Source of the DNA: Bacteroidales bacterium
GTDB lineage: Bacteria; Bacteroidota; Bacteroidia; Bacteroidales; CAIWKO01
Assembly (NCBI GenBank): GCA_023228145.1
Contig: JALOBU010000002.1
Span: forward strand, 134,349 to 198,348
Direction: 5' to 3'
Length of the DNA: 64,000 bases
This document shows positions 51,862 to 62,643 of the stretch, piece after piece. The notes below the pieces were generated by a model that was not told the DNA's origin, ran no database searches, and saw nothing but the letters and a program-made list of their open reading frames with translations. The stretch's first letter is position 1; each line of letters starts with the position of its first letter. The position numbers and the translations under genes are program-made.

Positions 51862-53169
51862 ATGCGTTATAAACCTATAAAACAGGATTTTTTTATCAGC
51901 AACCGTCAAAAACTGCTGAAGAAATTAAAGCCCAATTCATTGGCAATAATACTCTCTAATGATGAGTATCATAGAAACGGAGACCAATTCCATCCCTACC
52001 GACAGAATTCCGATTTATTTTACCTCACAGGACTTGATCAGGAAAAGTGTATCCTCTGCCTCTGCCCCGGACATCCGGTGGAAGCGATGCGTGAAATTGT
52101 TTTTACCTTGCAAACCAACGAAACCATGGTAACCTGGTACGGGCATAAATATAATCTGGAACAAGCCAGAGAAGTTTCCGGGGTCAAAACAGTCAAATGG
52201 CTTGATAGTTTTGAAGATACACTCAAAGACCTCGTGCTTCGCTCTGAAAATATTTACATCAATGTTTATGAGAACGCCCGCTTCTCCACGGAAGTTATCT
52301 CTAACGAACTGCGCTTTGCAAAGCGAATGAAAAAAGAATATCCCCTGCATAATTTTGAACGGCTCAACCCTCTTATTACTAAGTTGCGTTTATGTAAGGA
52401 GCCTGAAGAGGTTAAAATGATGCAACATGCATGTAATATTACCGAAAAAGCTTTCCGAAGAATTCTCGAAAGAATTCGTCCCGGTATGATGGAATATGAA
52501 GTGGAAGCTGAAATCGTCCATGAATTTATTCGCAATGGCGCCGACGGGCATTCTTTTTATCCTATTGTTGCCTCGGGTGTGAATGCTTGTGTATTGCACT
52601 ATATTAAAAATGATGAGAAAATTAAAGACGGTGATTTGGTGCTTATTGATTACGGCGCTGAATATGGAAATTATGCCGCAGATGTAACACGTACAATACC
52701 TGTAAACGGAAAATTTTCCAAAAGACAAAAAGACTGTTATAACGCGGTGCTGAGAGTGCACAAAAAAGCTGCTCAACTGATAGTTCCGGGTACCACCATC
52801 GAAAAAATAAATAAAGCCGTCACTCAACTTTTTGAAGCCGAGATGATTAAGCTTGGACTTTTTTCAGCCAAAGACGTAAAAAATCAGGACCCTGCCAACC
52901 CCCTGTATTTCAAATACTATATGCACGGAAATTCACATTTTATAGGACTGGATGTACATGATGTGGGGACGCGGCAGGTTATTCTAAAACCTGGCATGGT
53001 TCTCAGTTGTGAACCAGGGCTCTATATCAAAGAGGAAAGCATCGGTATCCGAATTGAAAATGATATCATGGTTGGCAGCAAAGGGCCAATAGACCTGACA
53101 AAAAATATTCCGATAGAAGCAGATGAAATTGAAACTTTAATGAAAAAAAATAAAACTTTAAAAAAATAA
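51862..53169 (+). CDS. pepP: Xaa-Pro aminopeptidase (M24B)
   Basis: N-terminal creatinase-like domain (FHPYRQNSDLFYLTG). Metal ligands are in LIDYGAEYGNYAADVTRT, HGNSHFIGLDVHD, EPGLY and IRIEND. Confidence 0.85.
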   Translation: MRYKPIKQDFFISNRQKLLKKLKPNSLAIILSNDEYHRNGDQFHPYRQNSDLFYLTGLDQEKCILCLCPGHPVEAMREIVFTLQTNETMVTWYGHKYNLEQAREVSGVKTVKWLDSFEDTLKDLVLRSENIYINVYENARFSTEVISNELRFAKRMKKEYPLHNFERLNPLITKLRLCKEPEEVKMMQHACNITEKAFRRILERIRPGMMEYEVEAEIVHEFIRNGADGHSFYPIVASGVNACVLHYIKNDEKIKDGDLVLIDYGAEYGNYAADVTRTIPVNGKFSKRQKDCYNAVLRVHKKAAQLIVPGTTIEKINKAVTQLFEAEMIKLGLFSAKDVKNQDPANPLYFKYYMHGNSHFIGLDVHDVGTRQVILKPGMVLSCEPGLYIKEESIGIRIENDIMVGSKGPIDLTKNIPIEADEIETLMKKNKTLKK

Positions 53170-53220
53170 CAACTTTATATCCATTAAATTAAAAAGCAAC
53201 ATTAACTAATATTTAAAACT

Positions 53221-54609
53221 ATGTTTCCAGTAAGCACTTATGTTGAAAGAAGACAAAAATTAAAAGCCATCCTGAAAAACGGCTTATATATTTTTACAGG
53301 GAATTCTGAACTGCCTATGAATTATCCCGCCAATGCTTATCACTTCAGGCAGGACAGCACGTTTCTGTATTTTTTCGGCATTGACGAACCTGGGCTGGCG
53401 GCTGTCATTGACATTGACAACGATAAGGAAATCATTTTCGGCAACGATGTGGACATCGAAGATGTGATATGGACAGGCCCCCTGCCACTGTTAAAAGACA
53501 AAGCACAAAAAGTAGGTATCAACGACACCAGGCCTTTTTCTGCATACACAGATTATATCAATGATGCAAAAAAGCAAAATCGTAGGATACATTTTTTACC
53601 GCCATACAACCCCAACACTAAAATACATATTAGTACCCTGCTGGGTATTCCAGTAGAAAAACTGAAAGAAAATGCTTCAATGGAGTTGACACATGCCGTT
53701 ATTACACTTCGTTCAATTAAAAGCGCTGAGGAAATAGCGGAAATTGAAAAAGGGATGGAGGTGGCTTATGATATGTTCCTGATGGGAATGAAACTGGCAA
53801 AGGAGGGCAGGTATGAATACGAAATTTCGGGCACCATGGAAGGCATTGCAATGGCTAATAACGGCAGCGTTTCCTTCCCTATCATACTTTCTGTACGCGG
53901 AGAAGTGTTGCATGGCCATGCTCATGGCAATATGATGAAAAATGGCGACCTGCTTCTCATAGACGCAGGCTTTGAAACCCCGTTACATTATGCTACTGAC
54001 CACACCCGTACCATTCCTGTCAGCGGAAAATTCACAAAAAAGCAAAAAGAAATTTATCAGATCGTGCTCAATGCACAACTTTCCGCTATAGAAGCTATAA
54101 AACCCGGAGTAAAATATCAGGACATACATCTTTTATCATGCAAAGTAATAGCTGATGGACTGAAAAAAACCGGCCTGATGAAAGGCGACACAGAAGAAGC
54201 GGTAAAACAAGGAGCACATGCTTTGTTTCTTCCTCATGGCCTCGGTCACATGATGGGGCTGGATGTACACGACATGGAAGATATCGGCCAGATTTATGTA
54301 GGGTATGATGATGAACTTCGCCCGATAGACCAGTTCGGTACGGCATATCTGCGTTTAGGCAGAAGGCTGCAGCCAGGCTTTGTACTGACAGTAGAACCGG
54401 GAATTTATTTTATTCCGGAATTATATAATCTCTGGAAATCTGAAAATAAATTCACAGAATTTATAAATTATGATAAGGTTAAAGAATATCTTGATTTTGG
54501 AGGTATTCGTATTGAAGACGATGTCCTAGTTACTGAAGCAGGTTATAAAATTCTGGGGAAACCCATACCGAAAAAAATTGCAGATATTGAAGAACTAATG
54601 AAAGATTAA
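53221..54609 (+). CDS. Xaa-Pro aminopeptidase/dipeptidase paralogue (M24B)
   Basis: YHFRQDSTFLYFFG, LIDAGFETPLHYATDHTRT, HGLGHMMGLDVHD, EPGIY and IRIEDD. Confidence 0.85.
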   Translation: MFPVSTYVERRQKLKAILKNGLYIFTGNSELPMNYPANAYHFRQDSTFLYFFGIDEPGLAAVIDIDNDKEIIFGNDVDIEDVIWTGPLPLLKDKAQKVGINDTRPFSAYTDYINDAKKQNRRIHFLPPYNPNTKIHISTLLGIPVEKLKENASMELTHAVITLRSIKSAEEIAEIEKGMEVAYDMFLMGMKLAKEGRYEYEISGTMEGIAMANNGSVSFPIILSVRGEVLHGHAHGNMMKNGDLLLIDAGFETPLHYATDHTRTIPVSGKFTKKQKEIYQIVLNAQLSAIEAIKPGVKYQDIHLLSCKVIADGLKKTGLMKGDTEEAVKQGAHALFLPHGLGHMMGLDVHDMEDIGQIYVGYDDELRPIDQFGTAYLRLGRRLQPGFVLTVEPGIYFIPELYNLWKSENKFTEFINYDKVKEYLDFGGIRIEDDVLVTEAGYKILGKPIPKKIADIEELMKD

Positions 54610-54614
54610 CTTTC

Positions 54615-55454
54615 TTATTCTTCATCACTTAGCATTGACTTTATGTTGCCCAAGTGAATAGCTTCGAATATTTTCTCTATCAACTCTTCATCAAGCATTT
54701 TTTCTTTTCCTGATCGTTTTCTGGATCTAAGAATTTCATTCCAGCGCTGGGGGTCAAAAATCGGCAGATTTTTTTGCTTTTTAATTTGGGACATCTGCTC
54801 CACTAATTTTTTACGCTCTGATAAGATTTCAATTACTTTTTCATCCAGATGGTCTGCTTTTCCCCTGAGCTTTTCAAGCTGAAGAACCGTACTGACGTCA
54901 GGAATAGCATTATTATTTTGAAAAAGAAATTGCAGAGAATCCGTTTTTAGCTTGTCAGCACATTCATCATATGGCGTTATGAAATGTCTCAAGCCTATTT
55001 TATTCATCAATCCTAAAAATCCGATTAAGTCCTCAATTAAAGATAAATCCGTGAATACTGCACAAGTATATTGCGGGTATTTAACTGTAAACTGAAAATA
55101 GTTTTTTAATTGATCAATCAATGAGGGGGTATACTGACCTGGATTTTGTATTTCAAAACTGACAACAATTTTTTTATTAGGTATTTTTATATCTATAAAC
55201 CTATCAAAATCCGTGTTCGAAACAATAATAAAGTCAAAATTGTTTTCAGAAAGTATTGTTTCTTTGGGGTTAAATATATTCCCTGTTATACACGAGTTTT
55301 TTGATATTATTGAAGAAATCAATTCAGAAGAATGATTAGATATAAACTCAGGTGAGAAAACGATGGCCAGATTGGAATGATTCTTTTTAATAAAAGAATC
55401 GGCTTTGTTCCATTCGAACGAATCATCAAACTGGAAAAAAAAATGAGGAAACAA
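54615..55454 (-). CDS. Two-domain protein: unassigned N-terminal ~190 aa + divergent chorismate-mutase type II-like C-terminal domain
   Basis: The C-terminus LEKLRGKADHLDEKVIEILSERKKLVEQMSQIKKQKNLPIFDPQRWNEIL resembles the LR..ID.lD..ll.Ll.eR..l...ia..K......i.dp.RE pattern of CM_2. Distal catalytic positions look non-canonical. Confidence 0.45.
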   Translation of the reverse strand: MFPHFFFQFDDSFEWNKADSFIKKNHSNLAIVFSPEFISNHSSELISSIISKNSCITGNIFNPKETILSENNFDFIIVSNTDFDRFIDIKIPNKKIVVSFEIQNPGQYTPSLIDQLKNYFQFTVKYPQYTCAVFTDLSLIEDLIGFLGLMNKIGLRHFITPYDECADKLKTDSLQFLFQNNNAIPDVSTVLQLEKLRGKADHLDEKVIEILSERKKLVEQMSQIKKQKNLPIFDPQRWNEILRSRKRSGKEKMLDEELIEKIFEAIHLGNIKSMLSDEE

Positions 55455-55486
55455 ATGTAATCTGTATGAATTAATAATAGTAAAAA

Positions 55487-57304
55487 CTATTTATTCTCAA
55501 CCTTCAGCAATCTTTCTTCTAATTCTGCATTCTTTTTCTTCAGTTCATCAATATAATTTTGTTGTTCTTTGACGGCTTCAATAAGCACAGGGATAAGCTC
55601 GATATAATCCATTGTTTTAATTTTCATGGATTGCTGAGGTTCTTTATTATCTCTCGTACAATTTGTAGAAAATATCTCCCTTTCTCTTACCATATCAGGA
55701 AAAACCAATTCAACCTCTTGTGAAATTACACCAAATTTATGTTGTTTATCAAAAGCATAAGCGGGGAATTCATCAACACGCATATCATATTCAACCCCTC
55801 TTATTTGTTTTAATTTCTCTATCGGATTGGATATTATTTTAATATTTTTTTTCAGTTTTAAATCAGAAGGTGCCGGCATATATCCCCAACTAGAATATAC
55901 CGCGCCATCAAAATATCCTGCCCAGCCAGAAATGTTAGTCTGAATGCCATGAACACCCCTTCCTGCAAAGTTTGAATTTGCCACACCTCTCACTCCTGCA
56001 CCATTTGATTGATTTCCATTATACTCGCCCTGTATGCAGTAAATGGCATTTGCCCCACTTGAATTTGATGACGCAAACACACCTCCTGAGTTACCGGTTA
56101 TCGTATTTGGCACATAAACACTTAAAGCCCAGGGGAAAGATGTGTTAGCCACAGCCGAAGTCAAATCTCCGGTCATAGTTGTTGTAGTAGCACCCCATGT
56201 CCACTCTCCGGCAGCAGATGCCCTGCCCCTTAAAACATTACCTGTATAAAAATCAATAGGGATTGCATCAGTAGTTCCTAACTTATTGCTCACGTCAGTA
56301 GTTAAACCTGTGTTCAAACTTGTAAGCCATGCTCCTTTTGTTGTAGTTATTGTACTTGCACAACCTGTAACATAAGAGGTACCATTATTGTTAAACTCAT
56401 GAGCCGTTACATTACATGTCGGGCCTGTAGGGCCTATGGGACCAACAGAACCTTGTGAACCGTTTGCCCCTGTTGCGCCTGTCGGGCCTATGGGGCCGAC
56501 TGGGCCTTGCGGGCCGGTAGCTCCGGTAGGGCCAGTTGCTCCATCAGGACCAGCGGGGCCTTGAGGACCAGTAGTTCCGTCAGGGCCGGTTGCTCCTGTT
56601 GGACCTATTGGGCCGGCAGGACCTTGCTGGCCAGTGGCTCCTGCAGGACCAGTTGCTCCAGTGGGACCAGCGGGGCCTTGAGGGCCGGTTGCTCCGTCAG
56701 AGCCAGTTGCCCCTGTTGGGCCTATTGGACCTGCAGAACCTTGTGGACCAGTAGCTCCAGCGGGGCCGGCAGGGCCTTGTGTCCCAGTTGCGCCTGTAGG
56801 ACCAGCAGGGCCTTGTGGACCCGTTGCTCCGGCGGGACCAGCAGGACCTTGTGCACCAGTTGCTCCAGCGGGACCGGCAGGACCTTGTGGGCCAGTAGCT
56901 CCAGCGGGGCCGGCAGGACCTTGTGCCCCAGTTGCACCTGCAGGGCCAGCAGGACCTTGTAAACCCTGTGGACCAGGAGGGCCAGTAGGACCAGTAACCC
57001 CTGTAACTCCATGAGAGTCACACAATGAAAACCAACTTGCTGCAAATAAATCATAATAAAAAACACATCTTAAATCCGTATCATAAACTAACAACCCATT
57101 AGCAGGATTTGGAATAGCTAACCTCATGGCTGTTGTAAGCCGGGGAATAAGAACCCCTTTATCCAAAGCGTCCACATCAAGGGCTGCCGACGGATGAGGA
57201 TTGGCCCCAGTGGCATTTATTCCAACATTATTTTGAGCAATTGCATATTTAACAAAAAAAATCAGAATAAATACTGCTAAAATAAGTTTATTATTTAATC
57301 TCAT
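55487..57304 (-). CDS. Collagen triple-helix-repeat protein with C-terminal S74 intramolecular-chaperone (tail-fibre/endosialidase chaperone) domain
   Basis: It has a signal peptide. The N-terminal module is [29 protein letters not shown]. There are ~66 uninterrupted G-X-Y triplets (aa 99-296). The C-terminal part is [29 protein letters not shown]...[16 protein letters not shown]...[18 protein letters not shown] plus a coiled coil. Confidence 0.8.
   Translation of the reverse strand: MRLNNKLILAVFILIFFVKYAIAQNNVGINATGANPHPSAALDVDALDKGVLIPRLTTAMRLAIPNPANGLLVYDTDLRCVFYYDLFAASWFSLCDSHGVTGVTGPTGPPGPQGLQGPAGPAGATGAQGPAGPAGATGPQGPAGPAGATGAQGPAGPAGATGPQGPAGPTGATGTQGPAGPAGATGPQGSAGPIGPTGATGSDGATGPQGPAGPTGATGPAGATGQQGPAGPIGPTGATGPDGTTGPQGPAGPDGATGPTGATGPQGPVGPIGPTGATGANGSQGSVGPIGPTGPTCNVTAHEFNNNGTSYVTGCASTITTTKGAWLTSLNTGLTTDVSNKLGTTDAIPIDFYTGNVLRGRASAAGEWTWGATTTTMTGDLTSAVANTSFPWALSVYVPNTITGNSGGVFASSNSSGANAIYCIQGEYNGNQSNGAGVRGVANSNFAGRGVHGIQTNISGWAGYFDGAVYSSWGYMPAPSDLKLKKNIKIISNPIEKLKQIRGVEYDMRVDEFPAYAFDKQHKFGVISQEVELVFPDMVREREIFSTNCTRDNKEPQQSMKIKTMDYIELIPVLIEAVKEQQNYIDELKKKNAELEERLLKVENK
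56417..57010 (-). repeat. In-frame 9-nt-periodic GC-rich tandem repeat encoding G-X-Y collagen triplets
   Basis: Recurring GGNCCNGCNGGNCCNRCNGGNGCNACN-type units with near-identical 27-54 nt blocks ([24 protein letters not shown]). Confidence 0.85.
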
Positions 57305-57315
57305 AACCTGTTAAT

Positions 57316-58620
57316 TTACTGTATTAATGTTACTACTCCTTTATAATTATACTCCATCCCTTCTTTATCGGTTAAAAATAATATCCATGCATAAACTCCT
57401 TCCGGACATATTTTATCTGAATTCCCGGTTCTTCCATCCCATGGTTTGTTTATATCATCCATTATATATACAAGATTCCCCCATCGGTTATATATAAACA
57501 TATTTAATTTAAGTTTATCAAGATTCATACCTATGGGGACAAAAAATTCATTCAACCCATCACCATTAGGTGTAAAAGCGCTAGGAAAATAAATTTCCCA
57601 ATTAACAACTTCCTCAACCAGACACCAGGGAGCGTAAAAATCGTCCGCTGAAATACTGTCAATATAAACTTTATGCTCATCTGTATTTATATTACCGCGC
57701 GGGGACATATCGCTCCATGTATGTTGCAGTGTGTTGTGCCTGATTGCTTTCATTTCTATTTCAACAATACCTGCGTTACAACTCTCATTAATGTCCTGTG
57801 GAGTGTATTTTAAAATTATTCCCACATCAGGTTTTGTTTGATAATAAACAGGGTTAATATACCAAAACCTGTCGGCAATATATTCATAACTCCTGTCCAA
57901 TTCATTCACTCCCGGAGGGAACGGCACATTCTGACATGGTGTTGGATATGTTCCAAAACGTATCATTCCATTATCGGGAGAGGCTGCAGTTTTTGTAACC
58001 ACAGTAACTTCCAGGTCGGCAGTATTATCAAAGCCACTACCAAAAGGCACTGTATAGCCATTTACTTCAGAACCAATATACCAATCCACAAGCCCGAGTC
58101 CTTCATTTGTATTAGTTTCACTAATAATGCATCCGCTTTTATACTGTATAGCTGAAGGAAACCGATTTAAAATCCTTATGTTGTTTGCATTCAGCAATAA
58201 TTGAGCATTAACGGTAAGTGTGTCGTTGATTTTACAATCAGCAACTTTTAATATTTTCTTATAATTATCCAAAATAAGATTTTCAAAGATAGTAGGATTT
58301 GTTCCCTCAATATATTGCTTGGAAGTTCCATTCAGAATAACATGACCAACTGTCCCAGCACCAATAGAAACCAGAACCTCATTGTTGGCAAGATTAACCC
58401 AATTTCGTTTTAAAATAATATTACCATCAAGATTTATTTTCCCGTCGATGGCGCCATAACTTTTATTAATGTAATCTCCTCCAATAACAAGGTACGCACC
58501 TTCTCTTATCACAATGTTGCCACCGTTGTTAACCAAGGTCTGGGAAAAAGTTGTATTATATAAACAGAAATAACACACAAACATGCAAAATAACCATATA
58601 AAAATGTGTTTTTTCATCAC
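57316..58620 (-). CDS. T9SS type-B (gliding-motility-associated CHU_C) C-terminal sorting-domain protein
   Basis: It has a signal peptide. The C-terminal ~90 aa read FPSAFTPNGDGLNEFFVP...FIYNRWGNLVYI...WDGR...GVYAWIL...YKGVVTLIQ. It ends 11 nt before the collagen-repeat gene. Confidence 0.8.
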   Translation of the reverse strand: MMKKHIFIWLFCMFVCYFCLYNTTFSQTLVNNGGNIVIREGAYLVIGGDYINKSYGAIDGKINLDGNIILKRNWVNLANNEVLVSIGAGTVGHVILNGTSKQYIEGTNPTIFENLILDNYKKILKVADCKINDTLTVNAQLLLNANNIRILNRFPSAIQYKSGCIISETNTNEGLGLVDWYIGSEVNGYTVPFGSGFDNTADLEVTVVTKTAASPDNGMIRFGTYPTPCQNVPFPPGVNELDRSYEYIADRFWYINPVYYQTKPDVGIILKYTPQDINESCNAGIVEIEMKAIRHNTLQHTWSDMSPRGNINTDEHKVYIDSISADDFYAPWCLVEEVVNWEIYFPSAFTPNGDGLNEFFVPIGMNLDKLKLNMFIYNRWGNLVYIMDDINKPWDGRTGNSDKICPEGVYAWILFLTDKEGMEYNYKGVVTLIQ

Positions 58621-58716
58621 TTAAATCTGACTATATAAATACATACGCAAATTTACCTAAAATATTTGTTGTTTATAAAAAAATTCATAATTTTTCTAAC
58701 AGCAATTCTGAATGTA

Positions 58717-59373
58717 CTAAATATTAACATTCTTAAGTTGTTCAACAGCCTTGGTGATATCATCACTTTTGAAAATTGCATTTCCAGCTACAACAATATC
58801 AGCGCCGGCTTTTACAACATTTTTTATATTATTTATATCGATGCCTCCGTCAACCTGTATTTTACAATCAGATTTCATATCTGTAATCAGTTTTTTTGCT
58901 TTTTCAATCTTTGCTAAAGTTTGCATAATAAACTTCTGCCCGCCAAAACCGGGGTTAACAGACATTATAAGCAGTAAATCAAGTTTTTGAATGATTTCAG
59001 CAAGCATGTTAACTGTAGTATGGGGATTAATGGCAAGGCCTGCTTTAATATTAAATGATTGGATATAATCAATGGAACGGTGAAGATGAACGGCTGATTC
59101 GAAATGTATAGTCAAATATGCTGGTTTATATTCCGCAAAACGGGCAATGTACCTATCGGGGTCCATAATCATTAGATGAATATCAAAGGGCTTACCAATG
59201 TAACCTTTTAAAGAATCAAGGACAGTAAATCCAAACGAAATATTAGGCACAAAAACACCATCCATAACATCTATATGGATAAAATCGGCTTCACTTCCGT
59301 TAATGATTTCAATTTGTTCTCTAAGATAGCCAAAATCAGCAGAAAGTATTGAAGGGGAAATTAAATGGCTCAT
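58717..59373 (-). CDS. rpe: Ribulose-phosphate 3-epimerase
   Basis: PSILSADF, HIDVMDGVFVPN, MSVNPGFGGQKF and VDGGI. Confidence 0.95.
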   Translation of the reverse strand: MSHLISPSILSADFGYLREQIEIINGSEADFIHIDVMDGVFVPNISFGFTVLDSLKGYIGKPFDIHLMIMDPDRYIARFAEYKPAYLTIHFESAVHLHRSIDYIQSFNIKAGLAINPHTTVNMLAEIIQKLDLLLIMSVNPGFGGQKFIMQTLAKIEKAKKLITDMKSDCKIQVDGGIDINNIKNVVKAGADIVVAGNAIFKSDDITKAVEQLKNVNI

Positions 59374-59415
59374 ATTTTATGCAAATTATTTTGCACAAAT
59401 ATAATAAAGGTTTGA

Positions 59416-60279
59416 CTAGCCAAGGTAAAATTTCAGGTTTTTACTTCGCGATGTAATTTTCAACCTGCGTATCGCCTTTTCTCGTATTTGTCTGACGCGT
59501 TCTCGTGTGAGGTCAAATTTAACTGCTATTTCATCCAGAGTTAAAGGTAAAGAATCGTTCAGTCCATAAGTAAATCGAAGAATATCCGCTTCCCTTGGTG
59601 TTAATGTTGTAAATGCTCTTTCAATTTCTTTTCGTAATGAATCAAGCAACAATTTTGTTTCCGGGTCAAACATTTCATCGCTTTTAAGCATATCTGTCAA
59701 AGTAGTATCTTCATCCGGGGCAATTGGAGCATCCATTGACAAATGTTTTCCGGCATTCTTTAAAGAATCTTTTATTTCTGTTTCAGAAAGATTCAGTATC
59801 TCAGCAATCTCATCCGCATTAGGCTCCCGCTGGTGCAACTGTTCAAAAGCATTGTATGTTTTATTTATCCTGTTCAAGGTTCCAATCTTGTTCAAGGGCA
59901 AACGTACTATCCTTGATTGTTCTGCAATAGCCTGAAGTATAGCTTGTCGAATCCACCATACCGCATAAGATATAAATTTAAACCCTTTTGTTTCGTCAAA
60001 ACGCTGTGCTGCTTTTATCAACCCAACATTGCCTTCGTTAATAAGGTCAGGAAGACCCAACCCCTGATTTTGGTATTGTTTTGCCACAGAAACAACAAAA
60101 CGAAGATTTGCTTTTGTTAATTTATGTAAAGCTTTTTGATCACCCAGCCTGATACGCTGTGCCAACACTACTTCTTCTTCGGCGGTAATCAAATCCACCT
60201 TACTTATTTCCTGAAGATACCTATCGAGAGAAGCTTCTTCGCGGTTGGTAACCTGTTTTGCTATTTTAAGTTGTCTCAT
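59416..60279 (-). CDS. rpoD: RNA polymerase primary sigma factor (sigma-70 family, Bacteroidota sigma-A type)
   Basis: 287 aa. Region 2 [35 protein letters not shown], region 4 [19 protein letters not shown]. Confidence 0.93.
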   Translation of the reverse strand: MRQLKIAKQVTNREEASLDRYLQEISKVDLITAEEEVVLAQRIRLGDQKALHKLTKANLRFVVSVAKQYQNQGLGLPDLINEGNVGLIKAAQRFDETKGFKFISYAVWWIRQAILQAIAEQSRIVRLPLNKIGTLNRINKTYNAFEQLHQREPNADEIAEILNLSETEIKDSLKNAGKHLSMDAPIAPDEDTTLTDMLKSDEMFDPETKLLLDSLRKEIERAFTTLTPREADILRFTYGLNDSLPLTLDEIAVKFDLTRERVRQIREKAIRRLKITSRSKNLKFYLG

Positions 60280-60426
60280 TTTACACGCTTATAGTAATTA
60301 TTACTTAAAGCTTTTAAACATCTACTAATAACGAACTGTTGATAGAAACAATTTGTTTTAGTATAAAAAATTCATCAAGAATTTTTAATAAGACAGCTAT
60401 TATTTTTGAAAGGTTGCTTAGGTTAC

Positions 60427-62556
60427 TTATTTCGTTTTGCCGTCGGGTTTAGGCAATAACACCTTTCTTGACAATTTCAGCTTCCCTGTTTTTTTATCAA
60501 CATCGATTAGTTTTACCTGAACTTCATCGCCAATTTTCAATACTTTTTCCACATCATCTGTTCTTGCCCAGTCAATTTCCGAAATATGCAACAATCCGTC
60601 TTTCCCCGGCAGAATTTCAATAAATGCGCCAAAAGGCTGGATGTTTCTCACTTTCCCTGTATAAATTTCTCCTATTTCCGGAACTGCAACTATCTTTTTA
60701 ATCCAGTTCACAGCTTTTTCTGAAGAATCTTTGCTCGTGGATACGATATCCACAATGCCAAATTCTCCTTCTTCTTCAATTACGATGGTTGTGCCTGTAA
60801 CACTTTGAATTTCCTGTATCACTTTTCCTCCGGGGCCTATTACGGCTCCGATAAATTCCTTAGGAATAGTCATTTTAACTATCCGCGGAACATGAGGCTT
60901 ATAGTCTTCCCTGGGTGTTGAAATAGCCTTCTCCATTTCACCAAGAATATGAATCCGGCCTTTGCGTGCCTGAGCCAATGCTTCTTTTAAAATTTCATAA
61001 GAAAGCCCTTCAATTTTAATATCCATCTGGCATGCAGTTATTCCATCACGTGTTCCTGTAACTTTAAAATCCATATCTCCCAAATGGTCTTCATCGCCAA
61101 GTATATCCGAAAGTACAGCATACCTTCCATCTGATTCGCTAATCAATCCCATGGCAATACCCGAAACTGGTTTACGTATTTTTACCCCGGCATCCATCAA
61201 AGCCATAGTTCCGGCACAAACAGTAGCCATAGAAGACGAGCCATTTGATTCAAGAATATCCGAAACAATACGCAGCGTATAAGGATTTTCTTCTCCCCAC
61301 GGGATCATGTTTTTTAATGCTCTGTGAGCAAGATTCCCATGGCCTATTTCTCTACGTCCTGTGCCTCTCAACATTTTAACTTCTCCTGTTGAAAATGGAG
61401 GAAAGTTATAATGCAACATGAACTTATTTTTCCCATCGAATATTACTCCGTCAATAATCTGTTCATCGAGCTTAGTTCCCAGAGTTACTGTTGTAAGCGA
61501 CTGTGTTTCCCCGCGTGTAAAGATTGAGGAACCGTGTGCGGCAGGCAAGTAATCTACTTCACACCATATAGGCCTTATTTCATCAAGGTTTCGGCCGTCA
61601 AGACGTTTTCTGTCATTTAATATCATATTTCTTACTGCTTCTTTTTCCACCTGGAAGAAATACCTTTCAACCATAGGAATTAATTCATCACGCTGTTCTT
61701 CAGGAAGCGTAGCAATATAATCTTCTTTAATTTTCTGAAAAGCTTCAGAACGTTCATGCTTTGCAGAAGCTTTGGATGCCACTTCATAAACCTTATTATA
61801 TGCAAATTGTGCGAGGCCGTTTTTTATATTGTCATCATTTTTCTCATGGCAATATTCGCGTTTTATCTTTGATTTTTCGACCATTTCTGCCAGCTCGAGC
61901 TGTGCTTTGCATTGTATTTTAATAGTTTCGTGAGCAAATTTCAGCGCTTCTACCAGATCGTCTTCAGATACTTCTTTCATTTCCCCTTCAACCATAACAA
62001 TATTGTCCATAGAGGCCGCTACCATGATATCAATATCTGAATCTGCCATCTGGCTGGTGCTGGGGTTTATTACCATTTGTCCGTTTATTCTTCCAACCCT
62101 GACCTCAGAGATAGGCCCGTTGAAGGGAATATCAGAAATAGTAAGTGCTGATGATGCTGCCAGACATGCCAGCGCATCGGGCATACATTCCTTATCGCCC
62201 GAAATCAGAGTTACCAGCACCTGGGTTTCTGCATGATAATCATCGGGGAATAAAGGCCGTAAAGCCCTGTCGATGAGTCTGGAAACAAGAATTTCATATT
62301 CTGAAGGACGAGCTTCACGTTTAAAAAAACCTCCCGGAAAACGCCCTGTGGCTGCATATTTTTCCTGGTAATCTACTGATAGAGGTAAAAAATCGGTATT
62401 CTCTGCGGCTTCTTTTTTTGAAACAACTGTTGCCAGCAACATAGTGTCACCCATTTTTACAACAACAGAGCCGTCAGATTGCTTGGCAAGCTTACCGGTT
62501 TCAATGTTTATTTTTCTGCCTTCCCCAATATCAAAAGATTTATTTATACAATTCAT
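60427..62556 (-). CDS. pnp: Polyribonucleotide nucleotidyltransferase (PNPase)
   Basis: 709 aa with two RNase PH domains, a KH domain ([16 protein letters not shown]) and an S1 domain ([15 protein letters not shown]). Confidence 0.97.
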   Translation of the reverse strand: MNCINKSFDIGEGRKINIETGKLAKQSDGSVVVKMGDTMLLATVVSKKEAAENTDFLPLSVDYQEKYAATGRFPGGFFKREARPSEYEILVSRLIDRALRPLFPDDYHAETQVLVTLISGDKECMPDALACLAASSALTISDIPFNGPISEVRVGRINGQMVINPSTSQMADSDIDIMVAASMDNIVMVEGEMKEVSEDDLVEALKFAHETIKIQCKAQLELAEMVEKSKIKREYCHEKNDDNIKNGLAQFAYNKVYEVASKASAKHERSEAFQKIKEDYIATLPEEQRDELIPMVERYFFQVEKEAVRNMILNDRKRLDGRNLDEIRPIWCEVDYLPAAHGSSIFTRGETQSLTTVTLGTKLDEQIIDGVIFDGKNKFMLHYNFPPFSTGEVKMLRGTGRREIGHGNLAHRALKNMIPWGEENPYTLRIVSDILESNGSSSMATVCAGTMALMDAGVKIRKPVSGIAMGLISESDGRYAVLSDILGDEDHLGDMDFKVTGTRDGITACQMDIKIEGLSYEILKEALAQARKGRIHILGEMEKAISTPREDYKPHVPRIVKMTIPKEFIGAVIGPGGKVIQEIQSVTGTTIVIEEEGEFGIVDIVSTSKDSSEKAVNWIKKIVAVPEIGEIYTGKVRNIQPFGAFIEILPGKDGLLHISEIDWARTDDVEKVLKIGDEVQVKLIDVDKKTGKLKLSRKVLLPKPDGKTK

Positions 62557-62595
62557 AAAAAAAATTTATTATATTTAACAATAATGTCCTTTATT

Positions 62596-62628
62596 AATAA
62601 AAAAAGGCAATTCGCATTGCCTTTTTTT
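62596..62628 (-). terminator. Hairpin/terminator between rpsO and pnp
   Basis: GGCAAT (62606-62611), loop TCGC, ATTGCC (62616-62621), flanked by A- and T-tracts. A T-tract follows on the minus strand. Confidence 0.7.
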
Positions 62629-62643
62629 ACAGGTAGATTAAAT

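Noticed and set aside
56507-57066. ORFs 56507-56962 (plus, Arg/Ser/Cys-rich) and 56722-57066 (minus, alternative frame) in the collagen repeat. The tract also has CRISPR-like periodicity.
   Set aside because: These are frame artefacts of the 9-nt-periodic GC-rich repeat. The G-X-Y frame continues into well-supported N- and C-terminal domains. Units are contiguous with no unique spacers and there are no cas genes, so this is not a CRISPR array.
55487-58620. Prophage or phage remnant suggested by the tail-fibre-type S74 domain
   Set aside because: No capsid, terminase, portal, tail tube, integrase or lysis genes occur within at least 10 kb on either side. The neighbours are rpe/rpoD and aminopeptidases.
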